From assembly GCA_031418175.1 (NCBI GenBank), contig JANOWX010000554.1, positions 1 to 38,023 on the forward strand: a stretch of DNA of 38,023 nucleotides, written 5' to 3'. Below, one piece after another: positions 1-8,624 of the stretch; the first letter of the stretch is position 1, and the number at the start of each line of letters is the position of its first letter. Below the pieces are notes generated by a model that was not told the DNA's origin, made no database searches, and was given only the letters and a program-made list of their open reading frames with translations. Both the position numbers and the translations under genes were made by a program. Source of the stretch: Acidobacteriota bacterium (lineage in GTDB: Bacteria; Acidobacteriota; Blastocatellia; RBC074).

Positions 1-57
1 AGCCCGACCGTGTGGGAGGGCTGGTCTCGCCAGCAAGCCCTCCCTCACGGTCGGGCT
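1..57. repeat. Palindromic REP-like hairpin, family A (left edge cut by window)
   Basis: agcccgaccgtgTgggagggc (1-21) is the inverted complement of gccctccctcacggtcgggct (37-57), with one mismatch. The same 21-mer recurs at 6588-6608. Confidence 0.6.
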
Positions 58-93
58 ACTGACACAACCCAAACCCCGAAGGATAACAACAAG

Positions 94-1020
94 ATGATTC
101 AAGTGATCGAACGCCGCGCTTTCATCAAACAGGCCGTGCAAACCAGCGCCGCCATCGGCATCACTGCGATGACCAACAAAACCCTATCCGCCGCGCCCAA
201 ACCGCTCTTTCAAATTTCGCTGGCGCAATGGTCGCTGCACAAAGCGCTCTTCGCCAAGCAACTCGACCACCTCGATTTCGCCAAGACGGCCAAGCAGGAT
301 TTCGGCATCAACGCGGTCGAATACGTCAACCAGTTTTTTAAGGACAAGGCGAAAGACAAAACCTATCTCGCCGAGATGCTCAAACGCACCAAAGACCTGG
401 GCGTCGAGAACCGCCTGATTATGTGCGATGGCGAAGGCAACCTCGGCGACCCCGACGCCGCCAAACGCCAGCAGGCGGTCGAGAATCACTACAAATGGGT
501 CGAGGCCGCCAAATTTCTCGGCTGCAAAATCATCCGCGTCAATGCCGCCAGCCGGGGCACGTTTGAAGAGCAGCAGAAACTGGCCGCCGACGGCTTGCGC
601 AAACTGACCGAGTTCGGCGCGCAACACAAAATCGCCGTCATCGTCGAAAACCACGGCGGGCTTTCTTCCAACGGCCAATGGCTGACGGGCGTGATGAAGC
701 TGGTCAATCACAAAAACTGCGGCACGCTGCCCGACTTCGGCAACTTCCGCGTCAGCGCGACCGAAGAATACGACCGTTACAAAGGCGTCGCCGAGATGAT
801 GCCCTACGCCAAAGCTGTCAGCGCCAAGTCGCATGACTTTGACGCCGAAGGCAACGAGACCCACACCGATTACCGGCGTATGGTCAAGCTCGTGCTCGAC
901 GCCAAATACAACAGCTTCTTCGGCATCGAATACGAAGGCAGCAAGCTGAGCGAGCCGGACGGCATCCGCGCGACCAAGCAGTTGTTGGAGAAGGTGCGCG
1001 CGGAGATGCAGAAGAAGTAA
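94..1020 (+). CDS. Sugar phosphate isomerase/epimerase family protein (xylose-isomerase-like TIM barrel) with Tat-type signal
   Basis: ATG at 94 gives [26 protein letters not shown], a twin-arginine RRxFxK motif. The body (QISLAQWSL..., IIRVNA..., [17 protein letters not shown]) has the pattern of the AP-endonuclease-2/xylose-isomerase-like TIM barrel fold. Confidence 0.8.
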   Translation: MIQVIERRAFIKQAVQTSAAIGITAMTNKTLSAAPKPLFQISLAQWSLHKALFAKQLDHLDFAKTAKQDFGINAVEYVNQFFKDKAKDKTYLAEMLKRTKDLGVENRLIMCDGEGNLGDPDAAKRQQAVENHYKWVEAAKFLGCKIIRVNAASRGTFEEQQKLAADGLRKLTEFGAQHKIAVIVENHGGLSSNGQWLTGVMKLVNHKNCGTLPDFGNFRVSATEEYDRYKGVAEMMPYAKAVSAKSHDFDAEGNETHTDYRRMVKLVLDAKYNSFFGIEYEGSKLSEPDGIRATKQLLEKVRAEMQKK

Positions 1021-1275
1021 GCCGGAAAACGAAAGGGCGCGCTTGTCTTTTGATGAGTTGAATGATTTGGTGATTGTGGTGCGTGGTGGCGCAGGCGCGC
1101 TGCCGCCACCCGGAACGGTCTTTTCCGGCGCGGTCGGCGCAACGTTGAATGAGCGGCACGTCAATGTGCGGGAGACGTCAGCACTTCGGTTTTTTCGGAA
1201 CCAGTGTCGAACCCCGTGCCCAAACCAGACCGGATTCAGTAGCTGGTTTTGAGTCTTTCCAAAAAGGAGCTTGCG

Positions 1276-1608
1276 ATGAGTTGGGTCAGTATTCGTTATC
1301 GTGATTTTTACGATCTTCCGCGCATTTTCATTGCCAGCTATGAAGGGCGGCAATACCTTTTTGATTGTCCTTTCGACGATGAGCTTGACGATTACCCAGC
1401 GAGCTATCGGGTCTACCAACTGCCTGGGCTGACGGAAGAAGAGTTACAAGGCTCGTGGAAACATTTGCCGGAACGGGCGCTTGCCTTTCTGGGCATGGTG
1501 CCCGTCAGCGCCGTGCAGTTCGACCCGGCGAAACGCGAGCGCGTCAATACGGCCATCTTCAGTGATTTGTTACGCCAGCCCGCGCGGCAGGCGGCTTTGG
1601 TGGCTTGA
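1276..1608 (+). CDS. Hypothetical small protein
   Basis: AAGGAG (1264-1269) precedes ATG 1276. The 110-aa ORF has non-repetitive composition. No family recognised. Confidence 0.5.
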   Translation: MSWVSIRYRDFYDLPRIFIASYEGRQYLFDCPFDDELDDYPASYRVYQLPGLTEEELQGSWKHLPERALAFLGMVPVSAVQFDPAKRERVNTAIFSDLLRQPARQAALVA

Positions 1609-1623
1609 AGCGGATTGTGTGTT

Positions 1624-4005
1624 ATGCAGTTGAAACTCAACTATCGGTTCATTGCGGCTGTGTTGCTCGCCGCGCTGCTCGGCCATTCCGTCGCAGCACA
1701 AAACGCCGCGCGCCCGTTCACGCTCGCTCCCGCGCCCAATTGGATTCGCAGCGAACCGCTGACCACCAGCACCGCCGAACAACGCACCGACGCGCGCGAC
1801 GGCGTGGTGTATCTGCTCTCTGATCAGCAAGTGCGCGTGGCCAACGCCACCACCGAACGCTATTACCACCATATTCACGAAGTCATCGCCCAGCCCGGCA
1901 TCGAACACGTCTCACAACTCGAACTGGAATTCGATCCCAGCTTTCAGCGGCTGGTCATCCATCGCATTCAAATCCGGCGCGGCAATCAGACGATCAACGC
2001 GCTCAAGCTGCATGAAATCCGCCTGCTGCAAAAAGAGGACGAGATGGAACAGCGGCTGTTTAACGGCACGCTGGCGGCGCTGGTGATCTTGAACGACGTG
2101 CGCGTGGGCGATGTGGTCGAGTACGACTATTCGGTGAACGGCGCGAACCCGATTCTGGCCGGGCGCTTTGCCGATGTGAACTATCTGGTCGAGAGTGAAC
2201 CGGTCGCGCGCTTGCGCTATCGCTTGCTCTGGCCGGTCGGGCGCGCGTTGCAACACCAGATGCGCAACCTGGAACTCAAACCCAAGGAGCAACGCAACGG
2301 CGAGGTCAGCGAATACGTTTGGGAGCGCACGAATCTGCCCGCGCCCGATTTCGCTGACGAGACGACCGCGGCGGCGGATGAGTATCCGACGCTCTATCTG
2401 ACCGAATTCAAAAGCTGGCATGAAGTCGCCGCCTGGGCAGTGCCGCTCTATCGGTTGCAAGGCCCGTTATCACTAGCAGTGCGTCAGCAAATCGAAAAGT
2501 GGCGGCAGGTTTCGCTGCGTCCCGAAGAACAAATGCTGGCCGCGCTGCGGTTCATCCAGGATGAGATTCGCTATCTGGGTATTGAACTCGGGCCGCATTC
2601 GCACCAGCCGCATCAGCCCGCGCTGGTGTTGGCGCGGCGTTACGGCGATTGCAAGGACAAGGCGTTTTTGTTCGTCACGGCTTTGCGCGAACTGGGCATT
2701 GAGGCGTATCCGGCACTGGTCAACACGGAGATGCAAGGCCGCGTGCAGGAGTTGTTGCCGTCACCGTTTGCCTTTGACCACGTCATCGCGCAGGTCAAAT
2801 TCAATGGCAGGACGTACTGGTTCGACCCGACCGTCAGCTTGCAACGCGGCGGTTTGGCGCAACATTACAACCCTGAATTCGGGCGCGGCCTGGCCGTGCA
2901 TGGCGGTGGCGCAGTGTTTGAAGAGATTCCCTTGCCCGCGCCCGCGCACCGGCTGAAAACGATCAAGGAGATTTACACGGTCAACGCTGACAATCATTCG
3001 GCGCGGTTGGAAATCAGCTACACCTATCGCGGCATCGAAGCCGACACGATGCGCGATTACCTGGCCAAAAACACGCTCAAGGATTTGGTCAAAGAGCGGC
3101 TGACCTTGCTGCACGCGCGCGACCGCAACATCAGCGCCGAGGGCAAACCCGAAGTCAAAGACGACGCGGCCAACAACATCATCGTCATCAGCGAACGCTA
3201 TCAGTGCGCCCGTTTCTGGCGTGATGACGCGCGCGCGTTTAACGCCGACCGTTTGACGCCGGAACTGCCTGTGCTCCCAGTTCTATTGGTTGATGCGAAA
3301 AAGCCCGTGCTGCTGACCTATCCCTTCGATGCCGAACAGCAGATCGAAATCCGCACGCCCTTGCCGCTCAATGTCGCGGCGGCTGACGATTCGGTGGTGA
3401 ACGATGCGCTGCAATTCGACGTGCGCCGCACACGCGAAGGCCGCACGATCAAGCTCACTTATCGGCTGCGCACGCTGCGCGGCTATGTCAGCGCCAGCGA
3501 AACCGCCCGCCTGGCCGCCGACATCGAACGCATCGAAGACCTGGGCAACTTCCGCCTGTCCAATCAGGCCGTCGCGTTTGGCGCGTTCACCAATCCGGTC
3601 GGTCTCGGCGGTTTGATCTTTCTGGGCGCGCTCTTGCTCGCGCTGCCGCTGCTCGCGTTCGTCGCGTATAAAACCTGGCAGGCACGGCGCGCGCCGCGCG
3701 AAGTCGAAACGCGCGTCAACATCGCCTTGCCCGGCAGCGAACCGGCCAGCCCATTTCGCGTGCCCGACGAAACAGCCTTGCGCGAACGCGTTGCGGTGTT
3801 GCGGTGCGATTGCGGCGGCGGCTATGCGCTGCCGCTTGCGGGCGCGTTGCGCGAAACGGTGATCTTTGACGGCAAGCGGCTGGTGCTGGTGCAATTGCAT
3901 TGCGCGGGCTGTGCGCAGGCGCGCGATGTGTACTTTGATCTCGCGGCTAGCGCTGCGGCGAATTATGCCGCGCAGGTGGTGGAAGCGCCGGAGCAATCAG
4001 GCTAA
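1624..4005 (+). CDS. DUF3857-like N-terminal domain + transglutaminase-like cysteine protease core, single C-terminal TM and Cys-containing tail
   Basis: ATG 1624 gives the signal-like MQLKLNYRFIAAVLLAALLGHSVAAQ. The transglutaminase core motif is RRYGDCKDKAFLFVTALRELGIEAYPALVN. TM is GLGGLIFLGALLLALPLLAFVAY. The tail carries CDCGG...HCAGC. Confidence 0.8.
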   Translation: MQLKLNYRFIAAVLLAALLGHSVAAQNAARPFTLAPAPNWIRSEPLTTSTAEQRTDARDGVVYLLSDQQVRVANATTERYYHHIHEVIAQPGIEHVSQLELEFDPSFQRLVIHRIQIRRGNQTINALKLHEIRLLQKEDEMEQRLFNGTLAALVILNDVRVGDVVEYDYSVNGANPILAGRFADVNYLVESEPVARLRYRLLWPVGRALQHQMRNLELKPKEQRNGEVSEYVWERTNLPAPDFADETTAAADEYPTLYLTEFKSWHEVAAWAVPLYRLQGPLSLAVRQQIEKWRQVSLRPEEQMLAALRFIQDEIRYLGIELGPHSHQPHQPALVLARRYGDCKDKAFLFVTALRELGIEAYPALVNTEMQGRVQELLPSPFAFDHVIAQVKFNGRTYWFDPTVSLQRGGLAQHYNPEFGRGLAVHGGGAVFEEIPLPAPAHRLKTIKEIYTVNADNHSARLEISYTYRGIEADTMRDYLAKNTLKDLVKERLTLLHARDRNISAEGKPEVKDDAANNIIVISERYQCARFWRDDARAFNADRLTPELPVLPVLLVDAKKPVLLTYPFDAEQQIEIRTPLPLNVAAADDSVVNDALQFDVRRTREGRTIKLTYRLRTLRGYVSASETARLAADIERIEDLGNFRLSNQAVAFGAFTNPVGLGGLIFLGALLLALPLLAFVAYKTWQARRAPREVETRVNIALPGSEPASPFRVPDETALRERVAVLRCDCGGGYALPLAGALRETVIFDGKRLVLVQLHCAGCAQARDVYFDLAASAAANYAAQVVEAPEQSG

Positions 4006-4025
4006 TCGAAACGCATTCAAACCTA

Positions 4026-4102
4026 GCCGCAAAAAAGCGCAGAAGACACAAAAGAGGCCCAATCGTTTTGCCCTTTTTGCGTCTTCTGCGCTTTTTTGCG
4101 GC
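4026..4102. terminator. Long hairpin between convergent genes (bidirectional terminator-like repeat, family C)
   Basis: gccgcaaaaaagcgcagaagacacaaaag (4026-4054) pairs with cctttttgcgtcttctgcgcttttttgcggc (4072-4102). Stem about 28 bp with one mismatch and A/T runs on both sides. A degenerate relative lies at 22849-22920. Confidence 0.7.
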
Positions 4103-4130
4103 CAGCTATTTTCGGGCCTGCCCCGCGCTG

Positions 4131-4886
4131 TTACGTCTTGACCCCCATCCCGATATACCCCGTCAACGTGCTGCGGCTGAATTGAAACGCGAACTCATCG
4201 CTCACTTCGCCCAGCCACAACATCCGCCAAAACGCCCGCTTCAACTGCGGCGCTGAACCGCGCAGCACCGTCACCTGCAAGCCGCTGGCCGCGCACATGC
4301 CGCGCAATTCCGCCGGTTTGATGAAATGGCTTAGTTGATGCAAACGCGGCGGCGTGTTCTTGACGAACCATTCGACGCCTTTGATCGCGACGAGCCAGGC
4401 GATGACATTACGGTTGAAGGTGGCGAAGAAAAACAGCCCGCCCGGTGCGAGCACGCGCGCGCATTCAGCCACCACGCGTGCGGGCGCATCTACGTGTTCG
4501 AGGAAATCCAGCGCGCAAACAGCCTGAAACGACGCGTCCGCATACGGCAACCGATAGGCATCACCGGTTTCGTAACGCACGCGGCCCGACGCATCGTAAC
4601 GCCGCGCCACCGCCAGGCTTTCCGCCGAAGCGTCCAAGCCCGTCACGGCAAGACCGCGCTCAGACAGGTAATTCGCCAGGAAGCCCGCGCCGCAACCGAC
4701 ATCCAAAACGTGCGCTGGCGAGGTTGGAAAGGCGCGTTGAATTTCGGCGGCAATCCACGGGTTGCGCATGCGCGACTCGGCCCGCAACAGCGCGACGGGG
4801 TCGTCTTGCGCGGTGTACCAGCGCTCGCCTAGGGCGTGGTAGATGTCGTTGTTGACTTGGCCCGCTTGCTCAGTCGTGACGGCCAT
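4131..4886 (-). CDS. Class I SAM-dependent methyltransferase (UbiG-like)
   Basis: SAM motif I is VLDVGCGAGFLANYL, followed by GLDASAESL. The N-terminus (NNDIYHALGERWY...RMRNPW) resembles UbiG-type O-methyltransferases. ATG at 4886 overlaps the upstream ORF by 58 nt. Confidence 0.8.
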   Translation of the reverse strand: MAVTTEQAGQVNNDIYHALGERWYTAQDDPVALLRAESRMRNPWIAAEIQRAFPTSPAHVLDVGCGAGFLANYLSERGLAVTGLDASAESLAVARRYDASGRVRYETGDAYRLPYADASFQAVCALDFLEHVDAPARVVAECARVLAPGGLFFFATFNRNVIAWLVAIKGVEWFVKNTPPRLHQLSHFIKPAELRGMCAASGLQVTVLRGSAPQLKRAFWRMLWLGEVSDEFAFQFSRSTLTGYIGMGVKT

Positions 4887-5362
4887 AGCAAATTCCAGTA
4901 GAGCAGTTGATAGAGTCCGAAGCCGAGCGTCAGCAGCGCATTGCCCAACAGGAACGCGCGCTCGCGGCCGCCATAGCCGATGAAGGAGAGCGTTTGCCCA
5001 TGCCACGCCGGCCAGAGCAACCCGGCGCTGACAAGCACCAACGGATGCAGCATAAACATCAACGCGTGCACCCAGTGTTCACCAGCGCCGCACAGCCGTA
5101 AATGCAACGGCTCGTCTTTAGTGACGAAGAGGCAGGAAAAAAGGCTCAGACCGGCATAAACACTGGCCGAAACAGCGGACGGCGGCACGGCGAAGAGCCA
5201 GCCAAAACAAAGCAGCACGGTCAAGGTATCCAGCGGATGCCCCAGCCGTTCCCAACGCGGCAATGAGCGCTGCCGATGAAAATAAAGCTCATCCACCGCC
5301 ATGCAAAGGGATTGCAAAACAAACGGGAGGAGCAGCCAGCGTGCGGGAATCATGAAAGGCAT
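4829..5362 (-). CDS. Polytopic membrane protein of unknown function, in the PKS operon
   Basis: 177-aa ORF with 4-5 hydrophobic helices and a DELYFHRQR motif. It sits 28 nt downstream of the PKS stop. No family recognised. Confidence 0.55.
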   Translation of the reverse strand: MPFMIPARWLLLPFVLQSLCMAVDELYFHRQRSLPRWERLGHPLDTLTVLLCFGWLFAVPPSAVSASVYAGLSLFSCLFVTKDEPLHLRLCGAGEHWVHALMFMLHPLVLVSAGLLWPAWHGQTLSFIGYGGRERAFLLGNALLTLGFGLYQLLYWNLLWPSRLSKRAKSTTTSTTP

Positions 5363-5390
5363 ACATTGATTTTAGCGGCGGCGAAACAGG

Positions 5391-6569
5391 CTACAACTTC
5401 CTGAACAACGCCCCGGCAATCGTCAGCCCCGGCCCAAAGGCCAGGCTGCCGACCAGCGTGCCCGCTTTGATTTCAGGCGTCTGCAACATCCGCGCCCAGA
5501 CGTGCGGCAGCGTCGCCGAAGACATATTGCCGTGTTCGAACAGCAGCGCCCGGCTGATAGCGACCTGGTCTTCGCGCAGGCCCAGCAGCGTTTGCACCGA
5601 ATCAATGATGCGCGGCCCGCCGGGATGCACGGCGAAACTGGCGCGGTCGCGCGCCGCTTCATAGCTTTCGCCCGCCTGCGTGAACAGCCGTTGCAAATAG
5701 CCGGGCAAGGCGGCGGCGATCTTTTCGGGCACCTCGCGCGCCAGCGTCATGCGGAAGCCCCATTCCGACGGCACCCAGGTCATGTCGGCCAGGGTGTTCG
5801 GCACGACTTCTTCGCGCACGGCCAGCACTTCAAAGCCTGACGGCGGCGGCGCTTCCTGCAAGGTCAGCGCGTAGCGGATGTGGCCGTCGGCGAACAGGCT
5901 TTGCACGACCAGTTGTTCAGGGCGGTGATCGCGCGGGTTGAAATGCAGCGTGCACAATTCGGTGTGCACGATCTCGGCGCGCCCCTTTTCGGGGAAAGAG
6001 GCCGCGTCGCTTTGCGGATTGAGCAGCAGCCCGCGGGCCACGCGCAAGGCGGGCACGGCGGCATAGCAGCCCATGTGATAAACCTGGGTCGCGCGCGTTT
6101 GCTGGTGCCATTCCTTGGCATCGAGCAGGCGTTGAATTGCGCTGGGCGAGGCGTAACCGGTGCAGGTGACGTGCAACAGATCGGCGGGCGCGGCGCTTTC
6201 ATCCACAAAGAAATCGTTCATTGCGCGGTTCGCCATCTCGGCAAAAAACTGGTTGCGCGCGTCCAGCCCGCGCCCGTCGGCGCTCTCGTGCAGGTTGAAA
6301 ATCTGCATGCGCGGCCAGTCCTGATGCAGAAAATCTTCGAGTTCCGAATAGCGCTTGCCGATGCTCGCGGGCGAACAGCCATAACGCCTGACCAGCCGCT
6401 CCATGCGCTTGAGCCATTCCTGTTCAACCTGGGAATGGCCGTTGGCCCCATTGGCGGTGGCTTCGGCGCGGGCGTGCGCGGCGGCCAGCCAGCTAAAGGC
6501 GTAATCCTGGGTGCGAATGTAGCGCGGGAGGATGACCTTGAAATCAGCGAGATAAGTGCGATGTTTCAT
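5391..6569 (-). CDS. Type III polyketide synthase (chalcone/stilbene synthase superfamily)
   Basis: Active-site Cys context HVTCTGYASP, plus VHPGGPRIID and the C-terminal GFGPGLT signature typical of CHS-like type III PKS. Confidence 0.9.
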   Translation of the reverse strand: MKHRTYLADFKVILPRYIRTQDYAFSWLAAAHARAEATANGANGHSQVEQEWLKRMERLVRRYGCSPASIGKRYSELEDFLHQDWPRMQIFNLHESADGRGLDARNQFFAEMANRAMNDFFVDESAAPADLLHVTCTGYASPSAIQRLLDAKEWHQQTRATQVYHMGCYAAVPALRVARGLLLNPQSDAASFPEKGRAEIVHTELCTLHFNPRDHRPEQLVVQSLFADGHIRYALTLQEAPPPSGFEVLAVREEVVPNTLADMTWVPSEWGFRMTLAREVPEKIAAALPGYLQRLFTQAGESYEAARDRASFAVHPGGPRIIDSVQTLLGLREDQVAISRALLFEHGNMSSATLPHVWARMLQTPEIKAGTLVGSLAFGPGLTIAGALFRKL

Positions 6570-6587
6570 TTGAGTGCCGGTGTCAGT

Positions 6588-6608
6588 GGCCCGACCGTGA
6601 GGGAGGGC
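6588..6608. repeat. Family A repeat, solitary half-site
   Basis: ggcccgaccgtgagggagggc matches the arms of the hairpin at 1-57. Confidence 0.5.
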
Positions 6609-6742
6609 AGACCGGGTGAGGCCAACTCTCGCTTGCGCTCAGGTTTTATTATTGGGGTGAAAGTGTGTCAGCGTTGGGAGTGCGGACAGAACGTCCTCAC
6701 TCCCAGCAAATAGGATTTAGGTCCTCTTGTGCAATAAGCGAT

Positions 6743-6998
6743 TCACGCTGCCTGTTTATACGTCCTCAATTGCCGCCCTAAAGTTTCTACGATCGCGGTC
6801 AACTCGCTGACCTTGAGAGGTAAGTCGCTCACGCCGCCGCGCGCTTCGATCACGTGTGCCAAAGCACGCGGAAACGTGTGCCAAAGCACGCGGAAACGTG
6901 CGCGGGTCTTCATCTGCCAGCGCTGCGCGCAAATAATTGGCCGCCTCTTCCGCCGAAGCCCGCAAATCTTCGTGCAATAATTCCGCCCAAGTCATCAT
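6743..6998 (-). pseudogene. HigA-like addiction-module antidote gene disrupted by a 22-bp tandem duplication
   Basis: ATG 6998 overlaps the toxin stop (ATGA). The N-terminus is MMTWAELLHEDLRASAEEAANYLRAALADEDPR. The duplication at 6854-6897 shifts the frame into an Arg-rich tail ending at 6756. Removing one unit gives a 77-codon ORF ending at TGA 6743-6745 (...ALAHVIEARGGVSDLPLKVSELTAIVETLGRQL...). Confidence 0.65.
6854..6897. repeat. Perfect 2 x 22-bp tandem duplication inside the antitoxin gene
   Basis: gtgtgccaaagcacgcggaaac occurs at 6854-6875 and is repeated exactly at 6876-6897. Confidence 0.95.
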
Positions 6999-7335
6999 GG
7001 CTTTTCCCTTTCCTGATGATCGCGCCAATACTTTTGCGCTTGTTCAATGTCACGCATTTGTGTGCGTTTGTCGCCACCACAAAGCAACAAGATCACCCGT
7101 TGTCCAAGCAACCCGAAATAGACGCGATAACCAGGACCGTAATCAATGCGCAACTCATAAACGCCACCGCCGACGGTCTGTAATCGCCCGGATTCCCTTC
7201 TTCCAAGCGCGTCATTCGGGCGCGGATACGCATTCTGGCTTGCGCGTCAGCCAATGTGCGCAACCATTTAGCAAATGGCCGCGCCCTGGCCGCCGTTTCG
7301 TATATGACAAGCTCTTTCGGCTGACCGTCAAACAT
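6995..7335 (-). pseudogene. HigB/RelE-like addiction-module killer gene with a 1-nt frameshift
   Basis: The N-terminal frame (ATG 7335) reads MFDGQPKELVIYETAARARPFAKWLRTL...RLEEGNPGDYRP. The family-typical continuation GGGVYELRIDYGPGYRVYFGLLGQRVILLLCGGDKRTQMRDIEQAQKYW lies in the neighbouring frame from about 7171 and ends at TGA 6995-6997. The frames differ by one missing base near 7171-7176. Confidence 0.7.
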
Positions 7336-7394
7336 CTGGGCGCCTTGGCTACTTGGTAAATGGTGCACGGACGCGAAGCCGTTACAGCCCTATC

Positions 7395-8624
7395 TCACGC
7401 CCGCTTACGCAATTCGCTGCGTAACGTGCCGCGCGCAACCTCGATCAAGATTTCGGCGTTGGTCACGCGTTGAAAATTCTCAAAGGCCGCCTGCTCCACC
7501 GCCGCCACCAGATTGGCGTGCAAGCCGCGCGCGCCGGTGCCGCGTTTGAGGCTGCGTTCGATGATGAAATCGAGCGCGCCGTCGGTGACATTTAACTGCA
7601 AGCCTTCAAGCTGGAATTCGCGCACGAATTGCGGCAGCACGTTGTCGTGCAAAATCTGTTTGAGCGTCGCCGCCGACAAGGCCTGAAAGCGCACGATGCG
7701 CGCAAACCGCCCCATCAGTTCGGGCAAAAAACCGTAGCGTTGAAAGCCTTCGATCTCTTCCAGCACCGGCGAAGCGGCGGCGCTGCTGTTGGCCTTGTCC
7801 TTAAAGCCGCCCTTGAAGCCAATGGATTTGTTATTCGCCTTGAGCACGTCGTCCATGCCGGAAAAGGTGCCGCAGGCGATAAACGGGATATCGAGCGTCG
7901 AGAGCGGCGCGCGCTGCCCATACGACGAAGCGCCGAAATCCATCGGCACCATCACGTCTTTGCCCTCCAGCATTTTCAGCAATTCGCGCTGCACGCCGTA
8001 ACCCGACACGTCTTTGGTGGTGCCTTCGCCGGCGAAGCGCGCGTTGCTGGTGGACGAGGCCAGTTTGTCGAATTCATCCAGGCAGATCACGCCGCATTGG
8101 GCCAGCAGCAAATCGCCTTCTGCCGCATAAATCAGCCGCGTCAAAATCGTGTGCACGTCATCGCCGACATAACCGCTCTCGGTGAAGCTGGTCACGTCCA
8201 CGATCAGCGTGGGCAAATGAAAAAGTTGTTGAAAGAGCGATTCGACCAAAAACGTCTTGCCGCTGCCCGTCGGCCCGGCCAGCAAGGTGTTTTGTTTGGG
8301 TGGCAACAGGCGGCGCGTTTCGCCGTCCACGTGCAAACGCTTCAAGCGGCGGATGTGCCGATAGGCCATCAGCGACAGCGCGCGGCGCGGTTCGTCCTGC
8401 CCTTTGTAGCCCAACTGTTCCAGCCGCGCGTAAATTTCGGGCGGTGGAATCAGCGGCAACGAACGCACAAATTCGCGCAACCCATCGCGTTCTTGCCGCG
8501 CTGGCGCGCGCTCCGGTTCCATAAACTCATCGTCATCGAAGGGAAAGTTCAACCATACCTCCTGGTCAACTCTGCAATCCGGGACTGTGCGAAAAGTAAT
8601 GTTAGCGTCGGGGGCGCATATCAT
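7395..8624 (-). CDS. ClpX-family AAA+ ATPase paralogue lacking the N-terminal zinc-binding domain
   Basis: Walker A LLAGPTGSGKT, pore loop ESGYVGDDV, Walker B VICLDEFDKL, SIGF at the IGF-loop position, and a ClpX-like C-terminus GTGARGL. There is no C4 zinc finger. ATG 8624 abuts the upstream stop. An alternative ATG is at 8522. Confidence 0.8.
   Translation of the reverse strand: MICAPDANITFRTVPDCRVDQEVWLNFPFDDDEFMEPERAPARQERDGLREFVRSLPLIPPPEIYARLEQLGYKGQDEPRRALSLMAYRHIRRLKRLHVDGETRRLLPPKQNTLLAGPTGSGKTFLVESLFQQLFHLPTLIVDVTSFTESGYVGDDVHTILTRLIYAAEGDLLLAQCGVICLDEFDKLASSTSNARFAGEGTTKDVSGYGVQRELLKMLEGKDVMVPMDFGASSYGQRAPLSTLDIPFIACGTFSGMDDVLKANNKSIGFKGGFKDKANSSAAASPVLEEIEGFQRYGFLPELMGRFARIVRFQALSAATLKQILHDNVLPQFVREFQLEGLQLNVTDGALDFIIERSLKRGTGARGLHANLVAAVEQAAFENFQRVTNAEILIEVARGTLRSELRKRA

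Noticed and set aside
1043-1252. 69-aa ORF in the intergenic region after the first gene
   Set aside because: It has no RBS and low-complexity sequence. The region contains short GC-rich stems (1085-1110, 1110-1128), more consistent with non-coding spacer.
184-1419. 411-aa ORF antisense to the sugar isomerase gene
   Set aside because: It is a shadow ORF typical of high-GC DNA. Its translation is low-complexity and Gly/Ala/Val/Arg-rich, with no motifs. The sense strand carries a convincing Tat-signal TIM-barrel protein.
6676-6704. Hairpin gggagtgcggac-agaac-gtcctcactccc downstream of the decayed TA locus as a terminator
   Set aside because: The stem has a mismatch and no adjoining T-run on the relevant strand. 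That is not enough to call a terminator.
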